Assembly (NCBI GenBank): GCA_964270895.1
Contig: OZ185435.1
Reading direction: 5' to 3' (one strand)
DNA from: Podarcis filfolensis
Lineage: Eukaryota
DNA length: 64,000 nt
Below are positions 15,301 through 28,200 of this stretch, piece after piece; the stretch's first letter is position 1; every line of letters begins with the position of its first letter. The notes beneath the pieces were generated by a model that ran no database searches, had not been told where the DNA came from, and saw only the letters and a list, made by a program, of their open reading frames with translations. A program made the position numbers and the translations under genes.

Positions 15301-18300
15301 TGGCTTGCGAGTCCTGGGTTTCAAAACAGAGAGCAACACAGAGCTCATTCCAAGTACTGGCTGGCAAAATACAAAGCATCTCATGATCCAGATTGTACAA
15401 AAATAGTAATTCCAGTTACAGGGCTTGATGCTTAAATAAAACATTAAGAGTTATTGCAAGAAGACGACTCTCTCTTAAAATACTCTTTCTTTTTCACTCC
15501 AATCTGTTAGTTAAGAGACAGAGAGCACCAAAGTACTGTGCATGGACTGTGACACACGTTGTCTTCTATTCAACGGCCAGGGTTGCTGGCAGGAGTCTTT
15601 CCCAGCCCTGGAGATGTGGGGATTGAACAATGCAAAGCCGGTCCTCTGAGACTTGAGCTACAGCCATCCCCCGGCTGGTGTCTGAAGTTCACGGCAAAAG
15701 CAGCCCTTTGTTATGCTTGACAAGGGATCAGTCCACTTTCCTCCTGGCTGAGGCACATCCAGCAAGACAGAGCTTGGAATTCCTGCTCCAGGCCAGAGAA
15801 CACCCAACAAGCGCATTCAGGCCCCAACTTACTCTCGTCTCCTCATCTTCTAATGTTTCAAAGTGACTTCGAGGCATAACTGGGTTTCTTATTCCATCAC
15901 CAGCTTTGATTTTATACAACCTATTCCATCTTTCAAATTCTTCAGCTGTAAGGCACCAAGCTTCAGACGGACGGGTTTGCTTTGCATCTGGAAAGTGTTT
16001 GGAGGCAGGGAGGGAGAGAAGGTCGATATTTAGAAGAAAATTCTCTCAGGCACATAGCTTGTCAAACAGAAGATGCCTCTAAACTCCTGGAGCTCAGCAC
16101 AAGATTGCCCTCCCTTCGTGGATTTGAGCCCCACATTGGGCAAAAGATTCCTGCTTTGCAGGGGGTTGGACTAGATGACCCTCATAGTCCCTTCCAACTC
16201 TACAATCCTGTGATAGAAGCAGACCAGTTCTGAAAGCAGGAAAGCCAAGAGGGATAAGACACACACACCCCATTGCATGGGGCAGGAGCGAGATAATGTT
16301 GCACCGTGTGGCACGAGGGAGACGATAAAACATCTGGCAAAACACATCCGCACATGGAATGCCCTCGTGAAGGAAGGTGAATGAGGAATTTTGCGTTCAA
16401 ACAAGTGGTATGTCTGTTTCCTTCTCCTAATCTAGATGCTGGACAACACACATGGGAAAGCAGCAAAAGTGCCTCTCACCCGGAACAGGTCTGGATTTAG
16501 TCGCTACTGGTACCCCTCCAACAACTAAGCCAGGGTGCAATAATGCTTTTCCAAAGCCCTCACATATCCATGTATAGTTGGTGGAGCAGGGCCACTTCCA
16601 CGCCTGTGACCCTCCCCATCCCGTTACGGTCTGCCTCAGGCGACGTGCCAGCGAGATCTTTGTGCAGGGCTTCCTCAGTGGGGGCCCAGAGCTCTGAACT
16701 CCCTTCTGATTGGTTGGTGCCTCATCACTACGGTAGAAGCACTCAAGGAGGCCTTGAAAACTTTTCTCTTTTGTGCTGCTTGTTGGGACCTGGAGCAGCT
16801 TCCTTGCATTAAGCTGCTGACCCTTAAGGTGTGCATGGAATCGGCTGTATCTATTTTGCCATCCCTTTTCCTGTATGCCACCTTGTGAGTGCATGGCCCT
16901 AAAAAGCAGCCTTTAAATAACAGCAACGCCCCAAGAGGAGGAGAAAAAATGTTCTGCACATCTTACCTGCCCCAGTGGGATAGGGAAGCCACTTTTGCAA
17001 CAGCAGAGTGTGGTCTCTCCTCCCTTTTGAGGTGGGCTTGGAGGGGCTTGGCTCACGCTCCGCAGGCATGATTGGCATCCTGTGCATCTTCGGGTCGATG
17101 CCTTCCGGAATCATCCGTGGGCTGTGCTGGTATAAGTGGAGCCCTTTGTTTTCAGAAATAGCTTTGAGGAGGCTTCTTCTGTTTAACTGGCTTTGATTGT
17201 ACGTCTGCAAAACAAAGGAGAATTTTGGTGGTTTTTTGTTTGTGTGTGCGGGGGGGGGGGGGTGTGCAGTTTCCAATCCTATGCGTGTTTGCCTGAAAGT
17301 ACACCCCACTGCATTCAGCAGGACAGATTCCCAAGTAAGGATGGACAGACCTGCAGCTAAAGCAAGCTTGAAAACAAGTTGCTGAAAACGCAGGAGGGGA
17401 AGGTGATTCTCCTGAGCTCGAATGCTCCTGGGGGTTTCCCATAATGGGCATCTGGTTGGCCGCTGTGAGAACAGGATGCTGGACTAGATGGACCACTGGC
17501 CTGATCCAGCAGAGCTCTTCTTTTGTTCTTAGGCTTGCAGACTTTTGTAAACTTGGGTCAAGTGCCAATCCTTTCTGGGCCAGCAGCACTCTGGACCAGG
17601 GGTCAGTAACCTTTTTCAGCCGTGGGCCAGTCCACCGTCCCTCAGACCATTTGGTGGGCTGGACTATATTTTGAAAAAAATAATAAAAATGAATTCCTAT
17701 GCCCCACAAATAACCCAGAGATGCATTTTAAATAAAAGGACACATTCTACTCATGTAAAAACATGCTGATTCCTGGACCGTCCACGGGCTGTATTTAGAA
17801 GGCGATTGGGCCGGATCCGGCCCCCAGGCCTTGGTTTGCCTACCCATGCTCTGGACCAACTGCTATCATGTGATTACATGAGATCAGGTAATTTGGTAAC
17901 TTCCTCGGAACCCCTCTGTGAGGCATCCCTGGAGGCTCTCATTATTTCTTCCAGCTAACTCAGCCTGCCCACTCACCAGGAGGACATACCCCGGATCCAG
18001 TAAACCAGAGGAGACAGGAAAGAGAAAGCAAAAATAAGCACAGTTTCTACAGCCCACAGCTGCTGGATTGTTTAACTAACCCTTGTATGTTTAAAACCAG
18101 GATTCCTAGTTCACATGCAACAGTAACCCAAGAATCATTGGCAGAAGGTCTACTCCTGCCATGGCCAACAGAAGGAAGAGAGGAGGAAAAGGGAGCCTGA
18201 AGCCCAGAGCTTTGCTTGGGGCTACTGTGGCTCATCCATGGAACACTAAACCATGGTTTAATATTACAAACACACTAGTCCATGTTATCAGAGAAAGCTA

Positions 18301-19136
18301 TGTCCTCCTTGTCGATGGCTTTGTGGGAGACGGATACACAGAACATCTGGGCATGAGGATCCTAAATGTTTGCCACAGCAGACCTGTCCTGCCAAGCCAT
18401 GCAGCGCTGGGCCATTGGTTCATCTTACTCAAAGGACTTACTTTCAGGCACGGTAAGTCTTAGGATTTGGGTTCCCGTCTTTAGGAAATTTGGAAAAGCA
18501 ATAAAAAATTGGGTTATGTTGAGGAATGCAATGAGTTGGCTGCAGAATGGGCTCCTATTGGCTCTATGTCTTACTCGCTCTTCCCGTCCTTCAGAAAGGA
18601 TGACCACGATCCGCCCTTCCCGCTTGCGCCCGGTTCGGCCCATTCGTTGCACAAGCCGAATTGGACTTTTCTGAGCATCAAAACAAACGATGAGGTCAAC
18701 TTCTCCAATATCCAAGCCTTCTTCGCCCACACACGTGGAGACTAAAGTGTTGTAGCCACCCTCACGGAAACGTTTCACGACCTAAAGGACGATGGAAACA
18801 CTTGAGCATTTGCTTTGCAGAGAACCTGTCAATCACCTCTGGCTTCCTGCGGCCACATCTTACTGGAGCTAAGAAGGCCTGAGTCTGGCTGGTGTCTAAA
18901 GGAGTGACTCCCCTAGGAATCACATATTGAGTTCCTTGAGTTCCACAACAGAGGAAAAGCAGGATATGTAAAGGCGGCGGGGGGGGGGGCGTGTTTGTGT
19001 GTGGAGAGACATTTGCAGTTCTGGAAAAGATTAACTGCAAAATGATTTATTTCTTTATCAGCTTTGGCTGGTGAGTAGCTCTGGCTATTTGGTAGGGACT
19101 TACTCATAAAAATGATGCAGTGGCTTACAAAGAAAT

Positions 19137-19202
<66 letters not shown>

Positions 19203-22200
19203 CGCTTGCAAGGTCCCTTCCAGCTCTACAATTCTAGGATTCTATGATCAATAGCTACACCATATGTAAGGGGTTGGCAACCTAAGCCCCATGGGCCACT
19301 AGCGGCCCACAGGGGTCATTTAACCGACCCATGAGCCTCCCCCAAACCGAGCCACCCGCTTAGCAAATCGCCGCCCACTGCGCTAAACCAGCACAGTGTG
19401 GGGACTCGCTTTTGTGGCGCCAGAAATTGCATCTGCGCGTGCGCATACGCTGAAAATCATGTCTGCACAGATGCCAAAAATTGCATCTGCGCAGAAGCCA
19501 GAAATTGCAGGTCATGCGCTCACGCACACTCCGGCCCACGGAGGGATCTCCGCTATAGTGAACCGGCCCAGGCAAGGTAAACCTCGCCGGCCCCTGCCAT
19601 ATGTCTTTGTAAGCCACTGCATCATTTTTACGGGCAAGCCACTACCAAATAGTAGTGGTGGTAGTAGCAGCAGCAGCTGCAGCAGCAGCAGCCAACACAA
19701 TCCAAACGTACCTGGATACCAAACAGTAATTTTGTTTCTATAGACTTCTGCCACTTGGTTCATCCAGATTTAGGTATTGAGCCTAAGAGCCTTATGGGAA
19801 TCACACTGCATCATTTGAAAGAGGCAGGATTACTCTGGGCTTGTGCAACAGTGGCAGTTCTGCAGCCGGACCGTGATCATGCGCTTGCAACTGTGAGCAG
19901 TAGAGTTACACGCCCATTAATTCTATAAATATCAAGAGACTTAAGCACATGCTAAACGAGCAGAAGGTATGGACCATCATGAGTTCAGAGCATCGGCACA
20001 TAGCAGCCAAGTTCTAAATGGGCACCACTGTCTTGCAAAGAGCACTTTCTTGGCACCGGAGCTCTCCCTGCAACAACAGCTCGCTGATGACAACAAGCAA
20101 GACGTGCGCAGCATGACTTTGCCACGCTGGGCTCCCCGCCAGCCCCCGGCCCCTCCTTACCTCAAGCTGCTCCTTCTGCGTAAAGCCCTTGGTGCTCTTG
20201 CCGGTGGAGTGGCCCACAAAGGTCATGACCCTCACCTCCGGGTGGTGCTGGCTCAGCATTTCTGCAATTTCCTGCACACTGTCACGGAAGGAGGAGAAGA
20301 TCATGACTCTGGTCTCCCCAGGCTGGCCTTCAGGTGCACTTGGATCTGTTTGATGCAGGAGAAAGAGAGGGAGACCCCCATATCAGCAAATGCATAGTCC
20401 CGGCTCCAACCAGTTTTTTTAGATGGGCAGCGTTACCAAGGAGATAGTGGCTTAAACTGAGAAGGCCTTTAGCAGCCTCTTTACTATATTATACACCCTG
20501 AAATTTATCCAGTTCATTGAGTGCGTTATCCATGCATCTCCTTGCAGCAGAACAGGAGGCCACAATATTTCCTCCTCAAATTCAACTCTGCATTTTTGAA
20601 AACAAAAGCAGGCATTATCAGTGGGTGCAGTGATGGTCAGTTGGGTAACCACATTTCGTAAGGGGCTAACGAAGTCAAGTGATTATAAAGGCTAGGGAAT
20701 GAAGCTTTGTTAAGAGAAGAACAGTTGCTGTTGTTTTGGGAAAAGGCCGCAAACTCTGGCAATCAGAATGTAAAGTTACACAGAAGAAAGTCAAGGAGAA
20801 AACTCAACAGATAATTGGTAGTGACAAAAGCACAGAATACATATTTCCTAATACACGTCAGAAACAGATAAAGTTAGTGTGTAAATCAACGCATACTATG
20901 GATTAGCATTTTGATTACATCCGAAATGTACCTCCACGCTCCTTCCAGGATCTGAAATGTTCCACTACAACATCTTCTAATTTCTTTAACTTTGGGTGAC
21001 TGTAGATGAATGGCTTCCTGTTTCCATCTCCTGTAAGGCCAAAGGTTTTTGTTTTAAATCTGTAACTTCTAGGCAGCTTTATCTTTAATAGGAACCCTTT
21101 GAAACAATTACAATCAGACTGTTGTTATGACTATTACTATGGTCTAACACACTGTTAAGAAACAATGAAATTGTTCAAGTTAAGCCATATATTTAGGGAT
21201 TCGTTTTTATTCAACTTCAAAAAGGTCAAAAGCAAAGAACATTTATAACAGATAAAATGAGTAAATTTGTCTAAAACTAAATCATCACAGAGGCTTCAAA
21301 TTCTAGCAGAAGCAAAACACCTTGTAAAACCTGAAGATAATTAACCATTCTCCTGCCAATGCAGTGTTATTGTTTGCACAAGCAAGAGAGCTTCCTTTTG
21401 AATTTAATAGTCTTTATACCTCGGTAGTGTCAGTCGGGGTGTAGAAGGTCTTAGAGGAGGGGCAGCAACTCTGGTGGCAGACAAGTCATGCTCCTTCTGG
21501 GGTAGTTTGTCTACCTTTGGTTGCCCACCCTGCACTCAGCCCTCGGTGAGTTAGGAACTTCCCCTGCTTGTGAAGACGGGCTCTGGGGGACTGAGCAGAC
21601 AAGACCAAGAGGGAGTCCAATGGTCAAGAAGGAAGATTCTGCACATGCTGTACAGGGAAGTGAGGGGCAGATGGGACTTATCCACCTGGGAACGGAGCCC
21701 GTCTACAAGAATGAAAACTCTGATCCTAAACCTGTGCTGCTTTGTGGCACATATTTGGGAGAAGAAAAGGCTAAGGAGTGAATCCTACACAAATCCAGAG
21801 TGGAGCCCCTAAGCCGGCTGAATGGCGCCTTGCACGCCTCCTTCCAATAACTCCTGCAGCCAAGCTGGTGCCAAACGTCTTGCTCTGTTTTCCTAGACTA
21901 CATCAGCAAAGCCAAGAGGGGGGTCTTGTTGTCTGGGCAGCCCAGGACCTCCAGACCCACTGTCCAGGCTTGCACCCCGGAGAGGTCACTTTGGTGTAGA
22001 GGTTTGACTTAACCCCTGAAGGTACACTCCACTCTCTTGGGACATAAGGATGCCAGCAGCAAAGTGTCAGTTGGCAAAAATGGGCAAGGCCCAGTGTTGT
22101 GTTTTACTACTAAGAAGAAAAATGCCAGTCTAGCTTTGCTTTCTTACCATTTGCTGAGGTCACATTTGTGTCTGCAAACGTGTTTTCAAGCTGCCTATAC

Positions 22201-25200
22201 AACATCATGAAGTCTTCATTACGCCCAAGTTCATTTTTGGTACGAGTCATGCCTTTCGAGAGAGAGGTAAACCAGTTTAAAGATCTTGGGGGGGGAAATG
22301 ACGCGTGACTTACATAAATTGGACACAGGAACTGCCCTTTTAGAACTGCTTTCATGATCTGCAACAAGCGAGTCAATAAGCAATAATGCATTGTAACTGC
22401 AATGGGTTTTACACTACTTCAAAGGGTCTATTACTTTTCATACAAGTTGCAAAAGAACTTCAAAAGAACCTGGGTCATTGGAACTGGGCAAAAGTTAACA
22501 CAGGAGCTCCCCTGCCTCAGACAAGCCAGCAATTATGAGAAATTAGATGCAACCTGGTTTGACTCTGCCAAAGGACTTTCTTGGCTCCCCTCCAACCTGC
22601 CCAGCCCTGACACATCATGTGTTCCTTCCTTCCACGTTCTGGCCATACTTTATAGCTCTCTTACCTCTACTGATGACAAAATGACCCCAACCCTGTCTGT
22701 GGACAAAGGCCAGCTCCCTCGGCCTGAAAGAGGAGAAGAGCGTTGCACCCCATAGTCAAATTTGACTGGACTTAACCGTCCAGGGATCCTTTACCTTTAC
22801 CTATAAGTTAAATTGTATTATCCTTTGCTTCCCTGGGCTCCTTTGGGCGATGGCACAGGGTATAGATCTAATGAATAAATACTTTCCACAAGAATTGGAA
22901 ACTTTCATTAATTGTTGCATGCTTGTGATGAGCCAGCTAAACCTCAACCAATTATTAGCATCCACACTCCTCCGCAGCTAAACGGGGGAACTTCCTCTCT
23001 TGTCTGCCCCATCCGTACCCAAAGCCAGCTGGAAATTTGCCTGTCAGGGTGGAAGTGCTAAACCCCTTCCGACAATGAGAACTGTTATGCTCAGCTGAAA
23101 ACATTATGAATGTGCATTTTAAAATCTAGGATCTTCCATGTTACTGTCAAACCAATTTATTCTTAAAGCCATTTTGATTCTGAGATGCTTATTCCACATC
23201 GCAGATTTTACAGCCTTGATATCTAACAAAATATTATTTGTCTAAATGGAAATTCTCTCACACTGAAGAAATAAAACTTCAACAGTAAATCATTTTAGAG
23301 GACCCTAAAGGAATGCTTTTGTCATTAAGATAGAATCACAGAATTGCAGAGTTGGAAGGGATGCCAAGGGTCATCTAGTCCAACCCCCTGAAATGAAGGA
23401 ATCATTTGTCCAATGTGGGGCTAAATCCCACGACCCCAAGGTTAAGAGTCTCATGCTCTGCCAACTGAGTTATCACAGCAGGTGTGTGTATATATGTGTA
23501 TTTATTATTATGGCATATATAGAGCCACAGTGACTGAAGATTTAAGAGTGTGAAAGCAACTAAGCTCTGTTTCCCATGCCTTTTAAGATTTTTCTAGAGG
23601 TTATGTTAAATACATAATTTCCAGTTTTCTGATGGGGGGGGGTGAACGAGTCAGAGCATCTCTCTAAATGCCCTCAGCTGATCTGGGAAGATAACAGAAG
23701 GTGTTCCACATGCAAAGGAATACCTTACCTTTTGATCCATCCATAATTCCGCGTAAGAAGATATATAAGGATCGCATTCCCATTTGCAGCAGTAGCTCAT
23801 AACCATGATACAAACTAATACAAAGAGCAAAATCTCCTTCTATTGCGCCCTGTTGCATTCCCTGTGGAGACATCAGTTCCAGTGAGAAAGATTTACACCC
23901 AAAAGGACTTGTACCATCATCCTTCCTACCAAATGTAGGCAAACGATAAGGTGGAGGAACAGGAGTCTTTTCCTAGCCATGCTAGTGTGCTTTGTTGTTA
24001 AGGGTGATGGACCTGGGAGACCAGGGTTCAAAACCCCACTCAGCCATGAAGCTCACTGGGTTACTTTGGGCCAGCCACCAGCTCTCAGCATAACCTACCT
24101 CACAGGGTTGTTGTGGGGATTAAATGGAGAGAAGGGAGAACTATGTACGCCACCTTTAACTTCTTGGAGGAAAGGTGGGATCTGTATGTTGGCATCCTTC
24201 TGTCTCAAGAGGCCTCTGGGGGTGATGACAAACTGCTGCATTAGCCGCATCAAAGTGACCTCTCTGGGGCACGCGACCAGGCCCTGTGTCTGAAGTCCTG
24301 GGCTGCTCAGACAACAAGACCCCTTCTTGGCTCCAAAGGAAAGCAGAGCAATACATTTGGCACCAGCTGGGCTGCAGGAGTTGTCATAAGGAGGCGTGCA
24401 AGGCGCCACCCAACCGGCTTAGGGATTCCACCCTAGATTTGTGTAAGGTTTACTCCTGAGCCTTTTCTTCTCCCAAAGATGTCCCACAAGGCAGCAGAGA
24501 TTTAGGACCAGAGTTTTCCTTCTCCAAAGGTGGGATATATGAATAATAACCTTTAACTGTAGGTGCCAGGGGTTGAACACAGTGTGAACTGCCCTTTGCC
24601 CTTCCATGGAGCCAAGTCCCCCAAAGACACATGTGTCACTCTTTTCAAACTGCCTCCCTGCACCAGTGGCCCGGCTGAATGTCCTGCAGCTGAATCACTT
24701 CTGAGAAAACCCATGGCCCAGACAACTCTTAATCCACGTAGTATGTGGATCACTTGGATCCTCAAGCAAGTTTTCAGAATTAATTATTGCACGCTGTAAA
24801 CATATTCTAAAAGCGAGAGCAAGGAGTTCTAGACCTCACCGTTTTCCTCCCTCTTTCCTAGACAGACCCCTAAGAATAATTCTGAGAATGGTGCAGTATA
24901 TCGCTGCAGTGCCTTATTTTACAGGGATGCATGGAAATTAAGGTGGATATTCATTGGTAAGAAGTACAAACAAGCTGGCACAGGGTAGTGGCTAAGCAAC
25001 TGAGCTGTGCATTCAGATTAATCATATCTTTTTTATTTATTTAATTTGTATATCACTCTTCATCCAAGGGTCACAGGGCGGTTCAAAACATACAAACAAT
25101 ACCCAGGCTTAAACCTTGTCTGTCTAGTCAACCCACTGGGAGGTTCTTTTAGGTCAGCCACTTGCTTTCAGTCCAACAATGTGGGGATGCTGCTGACCTG

Positions 25201-28200
25201 TCTGGGAAAGGTGGTTGCCTAATTTATGAGAAAATGCACAGGAAGCCCTTCGAACACTCAAGATGTGCATTAAACAGAAAGAGACTCATGTGCTCAGATA
25301 GATGCTGCTTCACTGCTTTTACCTTGAACCAAACATTCTCTGATAAGAATATCATACTGCAGAGTAATATTTACCACAGTGCGTGAAGGGTTTTTCCTAA
25401 ACTGCTCCCGTGCTAGAATGAGCTGATACTTAGTAAGTGCAGGAATTTCACGTTTAGACAAAACCTGGAGCCTAATCAGTCGGCCGGCAAATGTTTCCAG
25501 GACCTAAAAGTAAAACAAAGGACAGAAAGGAAATTGGATGCGTGTCACAATCACAGCCACACTGGGACCCGTACAGAAGAGGAAAGCCACCCTATTTCTG
25601 CCCCATTTAAATAAAACTTGATTCATTCCTCAGAAATATATTGCTGCGTATTTATGTAAAAAGCTTACATAAATGGCATACATTAGATGAAACGTAAGAC
25701 TGTAAGACATTTTCTTTGGGAGGCAATTATTATTCCAGTTAAATAAGGTTATTGATGCAATCACACTGTGATGGCTTAGGAAGAAACTCTGATTCTAAGG
25801 TGTTATGCTGAGGTGACCCTTTTAATTTTCTCGTGTTCAATCTCTTGACCTGGTTTTACGTAAAAGATATTGATATGGCCAGAATTCACCCTGCGTGTAA
25901 CACTGTCTGCTCAAGTCATCTTTCACAAAACAAGCTAAAACGGATTATTAAAACAAACAGCAGGATCCAGTCACCTGGAGCTTCAGACTGGAACTAATGA
26001 GTTCAACAAACATAACCTACTTAGAAACAACACAGTGGCCATCTTCACTCCGCTATCTTTGGCAATCTCCTCATTATTTTTACAGAAAGAATAAATGATG
26101 TAAGGAGGGAGCTGCAGCCCAAGATAGGAAGAGAGGTAGTAAGGGGACACCTAGCCACTTTAAATGAATTCAAATCTCCAGGGCCTGATGAACTGCATCC
26201 TAGGGTACCAAAGGAGCTTGTGGATGTAATCTCAGAGCCTCTGTCTTATGATCTTTGAGAATTCTTGGAGAACAGGGGAAGTCCCTACAGACTGGAGATG
26301 GGAACATGCTGTCCCTATCTTCAAAAGGGGGCGAAAGGAAGACCCAGGTACCGTAACTACCGACCGGTGAGCTTGACACTGACACCAGGGAAGGTTCTAG
26401 AAAAGATAATTCAACGGTTGGTCTGTGAGCATTTAGAAAAGGATACTGTGATTACTAAGACCCAGCATGGGTTTCTCAAAAATATATCGTGCCAGACCAA
26501 TTGATTTCTTATTTCTTTTTTAAAATGGAATTACAAACTTGGTGAATCAGGGAAATGCTGTACACACAGTGTATCTTGATTTGAGTAAGGCTTTTGACAA
26601 AGTCCCCCATGATATTCTCGTGAGGAAGCTGGTAAAATGTGGGTTGAACGAGGTGGATTTAGGTGGATTTGTAGCTGGTTGACTGACCAAACCCACAGAG
26701 GACTCATTAATGGCTCCTCCTCATCCTGGGAAAAAGTGACAAGTGGGGTGTCGCAGGGTTCTCTGTCCTGGGCTTGTTGTTGTTCAACGTCTTTATAAAT
26801 GACTTGGATGAAGGAATTGAGAGGATGCTCATCAAATTTGCAGGTGACACCAAACTGGGAAGGGTAGCTAATGCTGCAGAAGACAGACCCAGAATCCAAA
26901 ATGGCCTTAACTGGGCGCAAGCCAACAAAATGAATTTCAATAGGGACAAATGTCAGGTTCTGCACTAAGGCAGGAAGATCCAGATGCACGAATATAGGAC
27001 GGGGGACACTTGGCTTACTAGCAGTACGTGTGAAAAGGATATAGGGGTCTTGGTGGACCACAAGCTGAACATGAGTCAACAGTGTGATGCAGCAGCAATA
27101 GGAAAAAGCTAATGCTATTCTAGGCTGCATCAACAGAAGTCTAGTGTCCAGATGAAGGCAAGTCATAGTCCCGCTCTATTCTGTCTTGGTCAGACCACAC
27201 CTGGAGTCCTGTGTCCAATTCTGGGCGTCACAATTTAAGGAGGATGTTGACAAGCTGGAAGGTGTGCAGAGGAGGGTGACCAAGATGATCAAGGGTCTGG
27301 AAACTAAGCCTTACAAGGAGCGCTTGAAGGAGCTGGGTATGTTTAGCCTGGAAGAGGCGAGACTGAGAGGAGATACGATAGACATCTTCAAATGTTCTGG
27401 GTTACAACTTGCATCAGGCCCCCAGAGTACCATAAAATCAGTCTAAGGACAGGATTCTGCCTGCATTTTACAAACCTTTTTTATGGAATGGAGGCAGGGA
27501 AATGGACACAGCATGGTGCCCAGCACCACCTTCTTCACATAACTGCACATGATTGATACAGGAGACTCGTGATTAAAAATGGGCTTTGTGCAGGACTTAT
27601 TCAAGGCCAAGTACCCTGTACTATTGAATTACTATTCTAAAAACAGCTATTCAGGTACAGTGGTACCTGTTACGAAAAAGGAGCAATGCTGCTGAGTGCT
27701 CCAGATGGCTGGAAAGCCAAACAGGATGTTGATGTTTTGGGACTGTACCGTGGGAAGAAGGGACAGTCTATTATGTGCTCTGAGCACCGGATGTTAGCTC
27801 AGAGTGTCACATGACCCTGTACTGGAAGTACATGGGTGGAGTTATTCTCTCTCTGCAGCTGGGTATCAGAGAGTGCAGACATGTTGTTCTCTGCACTGAG
27901 GAAAGACAGAAATAAAGGCATGTAAATACATTTCTGTCTGTCTCTTTCCCCTCCCTGGGGATGGCAGGGAGAGAGGGAGGAGGAGTGGCTGTGTTCTTCT
28001 CACGTTTGAAGAAGGATCGGCCGATAAAGACCTCGCCTTGTCTTGCCGGGAGTCGCTGACGGGGGAGGCCAACAAGGAATCAAGCCGGGCACCTGGAGAG
28101 TGGCCAAATTCCTCTGAAGATATGGCTTGATATCAACATATGGTAGCAGACGCTGCTGGTTATCTGATCCATGGGAATCAGCATGAGAGGTGAGAGGTTG

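Noticed and set aside
16427-16959. Minus-strand ORFs in FANCM intron 11 as an extra exon
   Set aside because: No polypyrimidine acceptor, and the phase-compatible frame stops quickly; exons 11 and 12 already join in frame.
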